Shown here: positions 1-8,663 of the stretch, one piece after another
Numbering within the stretch: the stretch's first letter is position 1
Layout: every line of letters begins with the position of its first letter
DNA from: Candidatus Bathyarchaeia archaeon
Lineage (GTDB): Archaea; Thermoproteota; Bathyarchaeia; TCS64
DNA length: 11,371 bases
Direction: 5' to 3'
Assembly: GCA_050014495.1 (NCBI GenBank)
Contig: JBEKDF010000070.1
Coordinates: forward strand, 1-11,371
Position numbers and translations under genes: made by a program
Notes under the pieces: generated by a model
What the model was told of the DNA's origin: nothing
The model's database searches: none
Seen by the model: the letters and a program-made list of their open reading frames with translations, nothing else

Positions 1-185
1 CTACTTCCCCTACAAGTGTCTACGAAATGAAGAGCCTCGTGTACCACACTGATATAGGTCTCCTCGATTGTGCAAGTTGACAATAGGTATGTGTTGAGGA
101 GAATGAGAAAATCACATTCTTTGTTCTTTAAATAAAGTTTATAGCGATAGGGTTGGTTCTCCTTAAATACTAATCTAACTCTCAT
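1..185 (-). CDS. Partial hypothetical protein with HExxH zinc-metallopeptidase-like motif (runs off left edge)
   Basis: Hand translation from ATG at 185 gives MRVRLVFKENQPYRYKLYLKNKECDFLILLNTYLLSTCTIEETYISVVHEALHFVDTCRGS, open to the edge. HEALH is preceded by a hydrophobic segment, as in zincins. Not in the supplied ORF track. Confidence 0.55.
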   Translation of the reverse strand, partial: MRVRLVFKENQPYRYKLYLKNKECDFLILLNTYLLSTCTIEETYISVVHEALHFVDTCRGS

Positions 186-210
186 GTTTTTTTATGTTAA
201 AGAATATGCT

Positions 211-223
211 TGTGCGCGCGCGC
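211..223. repeat. Alternating purine/pyrimidine tract TGT(GC)5
   Basis: TGTGCGCGCGCGC lies in an AT-rich divergent intergenic region and is followed by GCACGCG (225-231). Confidence 0.9.
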
Positions 224-230
224 CGCACGC

Positions 231-240
231 GATTATTTAG
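231..240 (+). promoter_or_regulatory. Putative archaeal TATA box for the P-type ATPase
   Basis: GATTATTTAG lies about 20-30 nt before the GTG start at 260. The same GATTATTTA string lies at a similar distance before the start at 9681. Confidence 0.4.
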
Positions 241-259
241 CCCGTAAGGTGGTAAAAAA

Positions 260-2818
260 GTGAGCGTTCCCGACACCGAGTCTGACCTGAGATACTGGTG
301 GACACAGCCACGTGAAAGGCTATTAGAAATTCTGAAAACAGACCAATCTAAAGGCTTAGCAAAAGATCGGATCCTTGAACAACGATCAATCTACGGCTCA
401 AACACCTTACAGGAATTGAAACCCACAGATATTCCGACACTCCTCATAAAGGGCATCAAGCAACCCATGATGATCCTCCTTATCACAATCGCCCTAGTGT
501 CACTCGCTTTCGGTGAACTGCTTGAGGCATCTGTGATGATCTTCGTAGTAGTCGCATACATCTCGGTTGAGTTCATCAACAAGCTGCGGACCGATCGGAC
601 GATGGCTCGCCTCAGAGAACTCACACAACCAACCACGAAGGTCATTAGGGATGGAGAACCGCAAGAGGTTCCCACGTCCGAGTTAGTTGTCGGTGACTTA
701 ATTATACTTACATCAGGAGTCAGGGTACCCGCTGACGCACGACTTATACAAGCAAGTGGACTCGTAGTGAACGAGGCGACATTGACCGGCGAGTCGCTTC
801 CAGTGACGAAGAACCCCGAAGTTGAACTCAGACCAGACACTGCTCTAATCGACAGGGTCAACAGCGTCTTCACGGGAACAATCATCCTCGACGGAGAGGG
901 AACAGCCATTGCTATGGCTGTCGGTCAGGGCAGCGAGTTCGGTAAAATCGCTAAGGAAGTAATGGAGACGAGGAAGCAGCAGACCCCACTCCAAGCTTCG
1001 ATGAGGCAACTATCTAAGAGTCTCGCAATTTTCGCGATAGTCGTCAGCCTCATTATCCCTTTAATCGGGCTACTGCGCGGCCTTGACTTGAAGCAAATGG
1101 TGTTGACCTGGCTGTCCCTGGCCTTCTTAATGGTCCCGGGTCAGCCCCCCATTATCATCACGATGGCTCTGGCCCTAGCCTCCTTCGAACTGGCCCGGAG
1201 AAACGTCGTTGTGAAGCGCCTCAGCGGAGCAGAGGGGTTAGGATCAGTCACTTCGATACTGACCGATAAGACTGGGACCTTAACCGAGAACCGGATGATT
1301 GTTGATAAAATTGTCACACCGAGAGGAGAGGAGGTTACGTCCTCAAATGTTGCTAACGAGACGGCCCAGAACCTCTACTTCTCTCTTCCCAAGTTCCGTA
1401 GTGACCCAACAGACAAAGCAGTTGGGGAAGCTCTAAGCATCAAGGTAATAGGAGAAGAGCCCACCTCAGTCGCGTTTGAGGGGTTCTCCGACGGGCACCC
1501 ATGACGCGTCATTAGTTTCGGTATAGAGGGTAATTACATTCATAGGGTAGCGGGTAAGCCCGAACTTTTAGTAGATTCATCAAATCTGGGAATAGGCGAG
1601 AAGGATCGACTCAGAGCCATAATCTACAGTGAAGGGTCTCTAGGTAAAAGAGTGGTAGCCTTCGGGACAATACGATCCCCCACAAGAGAAGTCAAAGCGC
1701 TCAAGAACATTGATCTTACGGCTCTTGCTGTTCTCAGCGATCACGTCCGCCCAGGAGTCAAAGAGGCCATCAGCGACCTGAAAGTTGCCGGGATATCGAC
1801 TATAATCGTGACGGGAGATCACCCTGTTACCACAGGATTCGTAGCCAACGAGATCGGGTTGAAAGGGGAGATTATCACCGGTGACAAGCTTGAGAATATG
1901 AGCGACTCGGAGGTTCTTGATTCGCTTAGGTCCGTGAGCATATTCGCGAGGGCGACTCCCTCACAGAAGCTCCGTTTGGTGAAGATCCTCCAATCAAGTG
2001 GAGTGGATGTAGGGGCGGTAGGTGACGGCGTCAACGACGCTCCCGCTATTAGGTCAGCTAACGTAGGTGTCGCTATGGGTGAAATAGGCACAGATCTGGC
2101 AAAGGAGACCGCGGACCTTGTGCTGACAGACGATAACTACGTGCATGTTCGCGACGCGGTCGCGATAGGAAGGAAAGCCATCGATAATTTCCGAAAGGGA
2201 TTAACATATTACCTCTCAGCTAAGGCAATTCTTCTCTCGATATTCCTGGTTCCACTCGCACTTGGGATCCCCTTCCCATTAGCCCCAATCCACATCATCG
2301 TGATCGAGTTGTTGATGGACTTGGCTTCCTCTACTATTTTCGTCACAGAGGCAGCCGAGCCCGATGTTCTGAAGAGGCATCCCTCTAGGATGAGCGAGTA
2401 TCTTCAGGGTCCAATATTGAAAAATATTCTGAGGAATGGGCTTCCACTCGCGGTTGGAATCATGCTCGTGTACTTCACGACGTTTTATGCGACCGGTGAC
2501 TTGGTCCTTTCGCAGACGGCTGTTTTAGTCACCTGGCTCCTTGGACACATATTACTGGCGCTCAACCTCAAACAGGAGACGACACCTCTTCTAAAACAGG
2601 GCATTACATCGAACAGATTTGGATTATTCTGGCTTATCGGGATGATATCTTTAACACTGTTTGTCACAAACGTCGCTTCTGTCTTTGCGTACTTTAAAAC
2701 CACTTTTATCCCAGTTGGGATTTGGCTTGAAATATTGATTGTGATTTTTGGCGCGACGTTTTGGATTGAACTCCTAAAATGGTTTAAACTGAGAAGCCAT
2801 AGAACATTTGTCCAATGA
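260..2818 (+). pseudogene. Cation-transporting P-type ATPase (P2-like architecture) interrupted by one in-frame TGA at 1502-1504; 852 codons if read through
   Basis: ORFs 260..1504 and 1652..2818 share a frame. The gap translates without further stops (RVISFGIEGNYIHRVAGKPELLVD...GKRVVAFG) and includes AGKPE (KGAPE equivalent) and GKRVVAF. Other motifs: TGES, DKTGTLT, TGD, ARATPSQK, GDGVNDAPA and multiple TM helices. Confidence 0.85.
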
Positions 2819-2973
2819 TTTCCACTGGTGTGGTGATGATTTTAAATTATGTAGAGAGGCCTGACTGTTAAGGGGGTCAAGCAGGTGAAGTCCTCTTTCC
2901 TCACGCCGTAATGACGATAGGACTAGTGCGAATGGGATTCATTCTCGTATATTTTCTGAGCCTCTTCTGGGGT

Positions 2974-3001
2974 GTGGGGCACCAACCCGCTTTTACTAGT
3001 A
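2974..3001 (+). repeat. 28-bp dispersed direct repeat, copy 1 (putative recombination site)
   Basis: GTGGGGCACCAACCCGCTTTTACTAGTA, lying between the convergent 3' ends of the ATPase and receiver genes. Confidence 0.92.
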
Positions 3002-3046
3002 AAGACTATCAAAAGTCCGAATAGGTTCATTTTTTTGAAGTTTAAA

Positions 3047-3457
3047 TTAAACGAATGGATGCATTTTAGTTGAAACAAGGCTTACTATCCGTTGAGCCAG
3101 CACGTTATAAACTGTTAAACTCGGCTCTTTCTCAATGATATCATCCACTCCAATCTGACGCGCACTCTTAGCCATACTCTCATCATCCAGAGCTGTGAAT
3201 AATATAAAGGGAATGTAATATCCCTCAGCTCTCAGCTTCTCAAATAGCTCAAGACCGCTCATCCGTGGCATAATATAGTTACTCACTAAGCAGTCGAAGT
3301 GCTTACCGTGGACTAACTCCAGTGCTTTCTCTCCGGAGTTAGCCTTCTCGAAGATGAGTGACTTATCTATTCCTCTAATAGCCGTCTCGATTAGTTCAAG
3401 CTGACACGGGTCGTCATCAACCAGCAGGACACGAATATTTGGGCTTGGTTGAATCAT
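3047..3457 (-). CDS. Stand-alone CheY-like receiver protein with Asn at the phospho-acceptor position
   Basis: Motifs VLLVDDD, FDCLVSNYIMPRMSG, IPFILFTA and DDIIEK. It aligns with the neighbouring kinase REC domain (FDCIVSDYQMPQMNG). Confidence 0.92.
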   Translation of the reverse strand: MIQPSPNIRVLLVDDDPCQLELIETAIRGIDKSLIFEKANSGEKALELVHGKHFDCLVSNYIMPRMSGLELFEKLRAEGYYIPFILFTALDDESMAKSARQIGVDDIIEKEPSLTVYNVLAQRIVSLVSTKMHPFV

Positions 3458-3529
3458 TGGCTAATGTCAGGGAACGGCGGAATTTAACAATAGAACTTTC
3501 TTCACAAGATGCTAAATGGTATTTTGCAC

Positions 3530-5674
3530 CTAGACCTTACTCTTTGTAAGTGGAAGCCTCATAATGAAGGTGGTCCCGGCGCCCACTTTGGACTCAAAGT
3601 CTATTGAGCCGCCCATTGCCTCAACAGCCCTCCTGCAATAGGTAAGCCCCAACCCCATACCACCAGACTTGGTGGTATAGAGAGGGGAGAAGATTCGCGC
3701 CCTCGACGCCTCAGAGATGCCGACACCTGTGTCACTAACACTTATTACAAGGTCTGTGACCCTCATCTCCACCATAACTGAGAGCCTCCCGCCCTTGGGC
3801 ATCGCCTCAACCCCATTCCTCACGAGGTTATCGATGACCCTGTGAATAATATCTGGATCAATGAGGATCGAATCTAGGCCATCCCCAATCGAAGTCTCGA
3901 CCTCCACATTACTCGGAATCGGGTTACCCTCTAAGACACGTTTGATCAACTTACCCAGATCAGATTTGATTGGCTGGGGCACGATCTGGCGGGTGCTCGA
4001 CCTCCAATCAGCGATCATCTTCAGCGACCTGACGGCGTTCTCCTCGACCATCTGAAGCATTCGGGGCGTGAGGCTCGGGTCCTGCTTGATCATGTTAACC
4101 GATTGCACAATCATCCCCAGAGGTCCGCGGAGATCATGTGCAACCGTGGCACCCATCTGCTCAACCGCTGTCACCACCTCGGCTCTCTGAAGCGCCTCTT
4201 GCAAACGCCTACGTCTCGTTATATCCCTCGAGATGACTCCGATTCCTGAGCCGACGCGGAAGACAGAATATAAAATAAAGATATCCTTGGAGACAAAACT
4301 GACACCCTCCAATTGCATCGACTCCCCGGTCCGGAGCACTTTATTGAAGGCTGCATAAAGATCAGTAGCTTCTATCCCCGGCAAGAGCTCCGTAACACCC
4401 CTATCAATGAAGTCGATCTTAGCCTTCCCAGCCGTGGATTTCATGAGAAGCCACCCGAGTTCAACTCTATTCAAGTCAATGAGGCGAAGATCTGAATCGT
4501 AAATTGCGAAGCCCTCATCTGTCGATTCCATGAAGGCTCGAAGCCGCTCCTCACTCAAGCGAAGCTTCGCGGCCCTCTCATCAACCATCCCCTCCAGCCT
4601 GTTCGCATATTCTTGAGTGATATCGTTGGCTACCCTAAGCTCCTCCTGCGTAGCCATTAACTCCTCATTAACAGATGCTAATTCCAAGTTAGTTGCCTGA
4701 AGTTCCTCCTCTGCCTTTTTCCTAGCCTTACGTTCTCGAATCGATAGGACTCCTAAGCTAATGTCTTCTGCAAGTTGCTTGAGGAGCTCCACTTCCTCGT
4801 TTGACCAAGGATTGGTTTCGCGTGAGTAGATGGAGATGGCCCCAAAGGGCTTACCCGACTCAGTTAATGGGTAGACTATGGAGGACGCGTACCCTCTCTT
4901 GAGGGCTTCCTCGCGCCATGGCTCGAACTTCGGGTCCGTGAGCATATTGCTGCAGATTGAAACCTCCCCCGTTCTGATCGCGGTCCCTGTTGGGCCTCGA
5001 CCACGCTCCGTGTCGGCCCACGTGATCCTCAACCCGGCTATGTATCCCTCGTCGAAACCCGCGTAGGCGACTGGTCTGACAGTCTTAACCTCATCGTTCT
5101 CGGCGAAGCCCACCCAGACTAGGTGGTAATCGGTGTCAGCGATAATATTGTTGCAGACCTCGTTGAGGTAGGAGACCTCATCGGTAGTTCTCACGAGGGC
5201 TCTGTTGCTGTCGCTGAGTGCTTTCAGGGAGCTGTTGAGGCGTTTCGCCTTCTGCTCCGCCTTGTTTCTTTGAACCGAGTGTCTGATCCTTCTAGCGAGT
5301 AGCTGGTAGTGTGCTATGGATTCCTCTTTCCTGACGTAGTCATCAGCCCCAGCAGCGAATGCAGCGGAGGCGATGTCTGCGCTCCCGTGACCGGTATATA
5401 TGATGAAGGGGATTGTGCTCGTTTTCCTGACTTCGGCGCAGAGCTGAATCCCATTCATCTGGGGCATCTGGTAATCAGATACGATGCAGTCGAAGTGGTG
5501 ATCTTTAAGGAGTTTCAGGGCCACGTTTGGAATGATTGTCGATGTGATTTTGAGTGATGGATCGATCGATTCTAGGTTGAGTGTCGTTAGATCGGTTTGG
5601 GCTTCTTCGTCGTCGATGAACAGTATGTTTATGATATCTACGTCGGTGGTTGTTTGATGTGACATGAAACCCAC
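3530..5674 (-). CDS. Sensor histidine kinase: REC - GAF - coiled coil - PAS-like - HisKA - HATPase_c
   Basis: N-terminal REC (IDDE, SDYQMP, YTG, VRK); GAF (VWVGF...GRGPTGTAIRTG...GAISIYS); H-box VAHDLRGPL; N-box NLVRNGVEAM; G1 DTGVGI; F IFSPLYTTK; G2 GMGLGL. The true start could be the ATG at 5665. Confidence 0.95.
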   Translation of the reverse strand: MGFMSHQTTTDVDIINILFIDDEEAQTDLTTLNLESIDPSLKITSTIIPNVALKLLKDHHFDCIVSDYQMPQMNGIQLCAEVRKTSTIPFIIYTGHGSADIASAAFAAGADDYVRKEESIAHYQLLARRIRHSVQRNKAEQKAKRLNSSLKALSDSNRALVRTTDEVSYLNEVCNNIIADTDYHLVWVGFAENDEVKTVRPVAYAGFDEGYIAGLRITWADTERGRGPTGTAIRTGEVSICSNMLTDPKFEPWREEALKRGYASSIVYPLTESGKPFGAISIYSRETNPWSNEEVELLKQLAEDISLGVLSIRERKARKKAEEELQATNLELASVNEELMATQEELRVANDITQEYANRLEGMVDERAAKLRLSEERLRAFMESTDEGFAIYDSDLRLIDLNRVELGWLLMKSTAGKAKIDFIDRGVTELLPGIEATDLYAAFNKVLRTGESMQLEGVSFVSKDIFILYSVFRVGSGIGVISRDITRRRRLQEALQRAEVVTAVEQMGATVAHDLRGPLGMIVQSVNMIKQDPSLTPRMLQMVEENAVRSLKMIADWRSSTRQIVPQPIKSDLGKLIKRVLEGNPIPSNVEVETSIGDGLDSILIDPDIIHRVIDNLVRNGVEAMPKGGRLSVMVEMRVTDLVISVSDTGVGISEASRARIFSPLYTTKSGGMGLGLTYCRRAVEAMGGSIDFESKVGAGTTFIMRLPLTKSKV

Positions 5675-5886
5675 GGAGTGGACTGATTATAGATGCGAGG
5701 AGATAATTAATCCTAACTATTTCACACGTGCGGGAGATTCATAGTTGGCGACAATCTAATGCTCCATAACTCAAGTAGATTCCTTCCGTATGGATGGCGA
5801 TTTTCTATCCATCATAAGTATTATTTAGGAATCATTCTAAAGGAACTGGTGTTATTTCTAGAGCCATATGTGTCTATATGGTAAAG

Positions 5887-5914
5887 GTGGGGCACCAACC
5901 CGTTATTAATAGTA
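5887..5914 (+). repeat. 28-bp dispersed direct repeat, copy 2 (putative recombination site)
   Basis: GTGGGGCACCAACCCGTTATTAATAGTA, lying between two co-oriented minus-strand genes. Confidence 0.92.
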
Positions 5915-6007
5915 AAATTGTCTTATCTGATAGTGAATTGGGGTATTTATCTAGAATTTTTATTCCAAAAGGATTGAATTAGCCATAATACAACTGGCCG
6001 GTTCACG

Positions 6008-6226
6008 CTAAGCGATTGCTGATTTATTTGGTGTACTCTCGATTTTCTTCCTTGGTTTCCAAAGAATTCCAATAAACGCCAATACTATCCCTACGATCAG
6101 TATTCCAAGAAGAGGATCTGAGAAGCCTCTTAGAATAAGCAGAACAGCACCTAATATCGTTAGGATGCATCCCATCAGGATAAGTCTCAATTTCATACTA
6201 TTCATACTTTTCACAGCCACTCCCAA
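6008..6226 (-). CDS. Small two-TM membrane protein, last gene of the ABC operon
   Basis: Two hydrophobic helices followed by a basic tail (KPRKK). It begins 18 nt after the permease stop. The start is uncertain and may be an internal ATG. Confidence 0.7.
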   Translation of the reverse strand: MGVAVKSMNSMKLRLILMGCILTILGAVLLILRGFSDPLLGILIVGIVLAFIGILWKPRKKIESTPNKSAIA

Positions 6227-6244
6227 TTCCGTTGAATCAAGTCA

Positions 6245-6988
6245 CTACTTCCATTTTGTCAGTATCTCCTCTCTTCGGAAAGTAGTCTTAGCGACATAAA
6301 GCAGAATCGCGTCAACCACTAACATGATGCCGGCTATGATGAGTAGGTCGTTTGCGACACCGAGCTGTACTATGCCGATTTCACCCGCGACGTAGACCCC
6401 TCCGAAGGGGAGTATCAAGAGGATACCAATCTGTTGCGCGACGCGAACATCACTCACCCTAGAAGAGACGATGACGTTCCACTCGACACTCATTATGGTT
6501 GCGAGAGGCACCATGAGGAAGAGTATGATGCCAGTGTTCCAGTTTGGGAAAAAGTTGTAGCCCAATGTGTCATATGTGACTAGATCCATGAGACCCATGA
6601 AGATCGCGGATCCTCCCAAGATGGCCACCATAGGCGGCAGAAATGCCGAGATGCCCTTTCCGAGCAGGATTTCGCCATCTGTAGTTGGTGTCGCCAGGAG
6701 TGGTTCGAGACTCTTCTCGACTTTCTCGCCTACGATGCTGTACGAGGCGAGGGTTGTCGGGATCAGGCCAGCGAGGATGAGGTAGAAGAATGTGAAAGCT
6801 GGGAGAAGCGTCGTGAGGACATTCGCTGGGATTCCGCTTGCGTTCCTGTGCTCGATAAAATAGATCAAGACAGGGAAAAGAATCGAGACGATTAGGGGGA
6901 CGATGATAATTGAGTAAATAATGTTCTTCTTCTTGAGAAAGACCTTGAAGTCCTTAGAGGCGACTATCCACGATTTCGAGAGTCTCAT
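6245..6988 (-). CDS. ABC-2 type transporter permease
   Basis: About six TM segments and the ABC-2 motif SIVGEKVEKSLEPLLATP...EILLGK. It overlaps the ATPase gene by 4 nt (ATGA). Confidence 0.92.
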   Translation of the reverse strand: MRLSKSWIVASKDFKVFLKKKNIIYSIIIVPLIVSILFPVLIYFIEHRNASGIPANVLTTLLPAFTFFYLILAGLIPTTLASYSIVGEKVEKSLEPLLATPTTDGEILLGKGISAFLPPMVAILGGSAIFMGLMDLVTYDTLGYNFFPNWNTGIILFLMVPLATIMSVEWNVIVSSRVSDVRVAQQIGILLILPFGGVYVAGEIGIVQLGVANDLLIIAGIMLVVDAILLYVAKTTFRREEILTKWK

Positions 6989-7905
6989 GTTGTCTGCCTC
7001 ACAAGCCTCAGGTAGGCGTCCTCGAAAGTTGAACCGACTACGGTTACCGTTTGAACGCCGCCGCCGGCTCGGACTATCACGTCAACGATCATTTGATTCT
7101 CTTTCTCTGGATTTGTTACGTTAATGATCAGCTTGTTGCCGTCAACGGCGATGTCCCCAAGCGGCAACCTCTTCACAGCGGCCATAATAGTGTCGTTCAT
7201 CTGATCTAGCTGGATCTCCGTCTTTCTGCCACCCACAGACCTTTCGAGCTCCTTCGGAGTGCCCACAGCCATCAGTTTGGTGTTCAGAATTGCTATCCTG
7301 TCGCAGATCCTCTGGGCCTCATCGAGGTTGTGGGTGTTCAGAAAGATGGTTCTCTTCTCCTTCTTGAGGTCGAGGATGAAGTCCCTGACCGTCTTCGATG
7401 CCTCCGGGTCTAGGCTAGCCGTCGGCTCGTCCATGATGAGTACCTGAGGGTCGTGTACAAGTGAGCGCGCTATCGCGAGTTTCTGCCTCATTCCCTTCGA
7501 GAACGTGCCCGCCGCGATGTTCCTCTTCTCCCAGAGGCCAAGCATCGTTAGCAGTCGTTGTATGTTTTTCCTTCTTTGCTCCTCCGTGCAGTCGTAGAGC
7601 TTACCGTAAAAGTCGAGGTTGTCGTAAGCACTGAGTTCGTCGTAGAGTCCCACGTTGTCTGGCACGTACCCGATTAGCTTCCTAATCTTCAGGGAGTCCA
7701 CCTCTTTGCCGACGTCGTAACCGGCGATTCTTGCCTCGCCGCTGGTCTTGGATATGAGGCAGCATAGCATCCTCACCGTGGTTGTCTTCCCCGCTCCATT
7801 GGGTCCGAGGAAGCCGAATACTTCGCCGTCGTTAACGTGCAGGGTGAGGTTGTCTACAGCGGTTAGGTCGCCGAATTTTTTTGTTAAGTTTTCTGTGTCA
7901 ATCAA
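6985..7905 (-). CDS. ABC transporter ATP-binding protein (ABC-2/DrrA-like exporter)
   Basis: Walker A GPNGAGKTT, signature FSKGMRQK, Walker B LIMDEP, H-loop THN. TTG start. Confidence 0.96.
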   Translation of the reverse strand: MIDTENLTKKFGDLTAVDNLTLHVNDGEVFGFLGPNGAGKTTTVRMLCCLISKTSGEARIAGYDVGKEVDSLKIRKLIGYVPDNVGLYDELSAYDNLDFYGKLYDCTEEQRRKNIQRLLTMLGLWEKRNIAAGTFSKGMRQKLAIARSLVHDPQVLIMDEPTASLDPEASKTVRDFILDLKKEKRTIFLNTHNLDEAQRICDRIAILNTKLMAVGTPKELERSVGGRKTEIQLDQMNDTIMAAVKRLPLGDIAVDGNKLIINVTNPEKENQMIVDVIVRAGGGVQTVTVVGSTFEDAYLRLVRQTT

Positions 7906-7978
7906 TTAGGTTCCCTCTTATAGAATCCAATCGGCAGACGGTATCCGCCTAACAAGATATGTAATCCCCAACATAGCA

Positions 7979-7989
7979 GCGCGCGCACG
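7979..7989. repeat. (GC)4 tract at the DUF1801/ABC junction
   Basis: GCGCGCGCACG lies about 10 nt beyond the DUF1801 stop codon. Confidence 0.8.
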
Positions 7990-7997
7990 GTCCAAGT

Positions 7998-8411
7998 CTA
8001 CCGTTTCCCTTTGCTCTCGAGATTCAAAGCTACGGCTTCACGAATGAGTTTCTTAAACGCAGCCTCATTGATCTCGTCGCCTTCATGGATGTCGATGGCG
8101 CGCCTGACGGTCCCAGGCTGGTTGAACAGGTGAGAGGGGTCCTCCAGCGAAGCACCTTTAAAGAAAGTGAGCTTGACCACACTCTTGTAGGTCTCGCCCG
8201 TGCAGATGCCTCCGTTGTGGGACCAGACTGGGATTCCAGGTGACGTAGGCTTCACCCACTTCCACTCTTCTATACTCTCCGGGTCCGCCTCCTTGATGAG
8301 CCTGCGCACTCTTTCAAGCGTCTCGCCCCGCCAATCGCTCAGTTCCTTGACTCTCTTGCTGATCAACTCAGACGCAGGTTCTTTTGATTCTGTCCTTTCT
8401 CTTGCACTCAT
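7998..8411 (-). CDS. DUF1801 (YdhG-like) protein
   Basis: Family-typical sequence WRGETL.RVR.LIKEADP...EEWKW...PVWSH.G.ICTGETYK..VKLTF.KGASL.DP..LFN...RRAIDIHEG. Confidence 0.88.
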   Translation of the reverse strand: MSARERTESKEPASELISKRVKELSDWRGETLERVRRLIKEADPESIEEWKWVKPTSPGIPVWSHNGGICTGETYKSVVKLTFFKGASLEDPSHLFNQPGTVRRAIDIHEGDEINEAAFKKLIREAVALNLESKGKR

Positions 8412-8439
8412 ATTATCACATTGAAATTAAAGTTTCATC

Positions 8440-8449
8440 TTTATATATA
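8440..8449 (-). promoter_or_regulatory. Putative TATA box for the DUF1801/ABC unit
   Basis: The minus strand reads CGAAC-TATATATAAA about 30-38 nt upstream of ATG 8411, and a GTGA SD-like motif lies just before the ATG. Confidence 0.6.
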
Positions 8450-8467
8450 GTTCGGCAAAGGTTGGCG

Positions 8468-8495
8468 GTGGGGCACCAACCCGATATTACTAGTA
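8468..8495 (+). repeat. 28-bp dispersed direct repeat, copy 3 (putative recombination site)
   Basis: GTGGGGCACCAACCCGATATTACTAGTA, lying between divergent genes. Confidence 0.92.
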
Positions 8496-8663
8496 GTTGG
8501 ATATTCTTGTAGAGCTACAATAAAGTTTAATGAGTCTAAACCCTGAACGAACAGAATTTAAAATCAGATATATTTGAGACACTTTTCTTCGCTCAGTGCA
8601 AGCTAATGCATGTGCTATAATAAATTCAATAACTTTTATTTATTCGGGCAAAGAATGTAAAAT

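Noticed and set aside
137..164. Possible inverted fourth copy of the 28-bp repeat (minus strand GGAGAACCAACCC)
   Set aside because: Only about 15/28 matches, the right arm is missing, and it lies inside the HExxH ORF, so it is likely chance.
2881..2930. SECIS-like hairpin (AGTCCT...AGGACT) downstream of the TGA-containing ATPase
   Set aside because: Only a 6-bp stem with a long loop and no strong lower stem; P-type ATPases are not known selenoproteins.
2911..3024. 37-aa hydrophobic ORF reading through repeat copy 1
   Set aside because: Short, no recognisable family, and no evidence of expression signals.
7465..7470. GCGCGC inside the ABC ATPase gene
   Set aside because: It encodes the conserved IARSL segment with no disruption, which shows 6-mers can arise by chance.
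391..8424. Antisense ORFs in the track (391-909, 1640-1822, 1819-2091, 2485-2703, 3861-4055, 4313-4495, 4878-5066, 5309-5557, 6567-6785, 6921-7124, 7259-7447, 8200-8424)
   Set aside because: Shadow frames of well-supported genes.
2974..8495. CRISPR array or integron attC interpretation of the repeats
   Set aside because: Spacing is kilobases with genes in between and there are no cas genes. There is no RYYYAAC...GTTRRRY long hairpin; the CCAAC...GTTGGAT pairing at copy 3 is too short and is not shared by the other copies.
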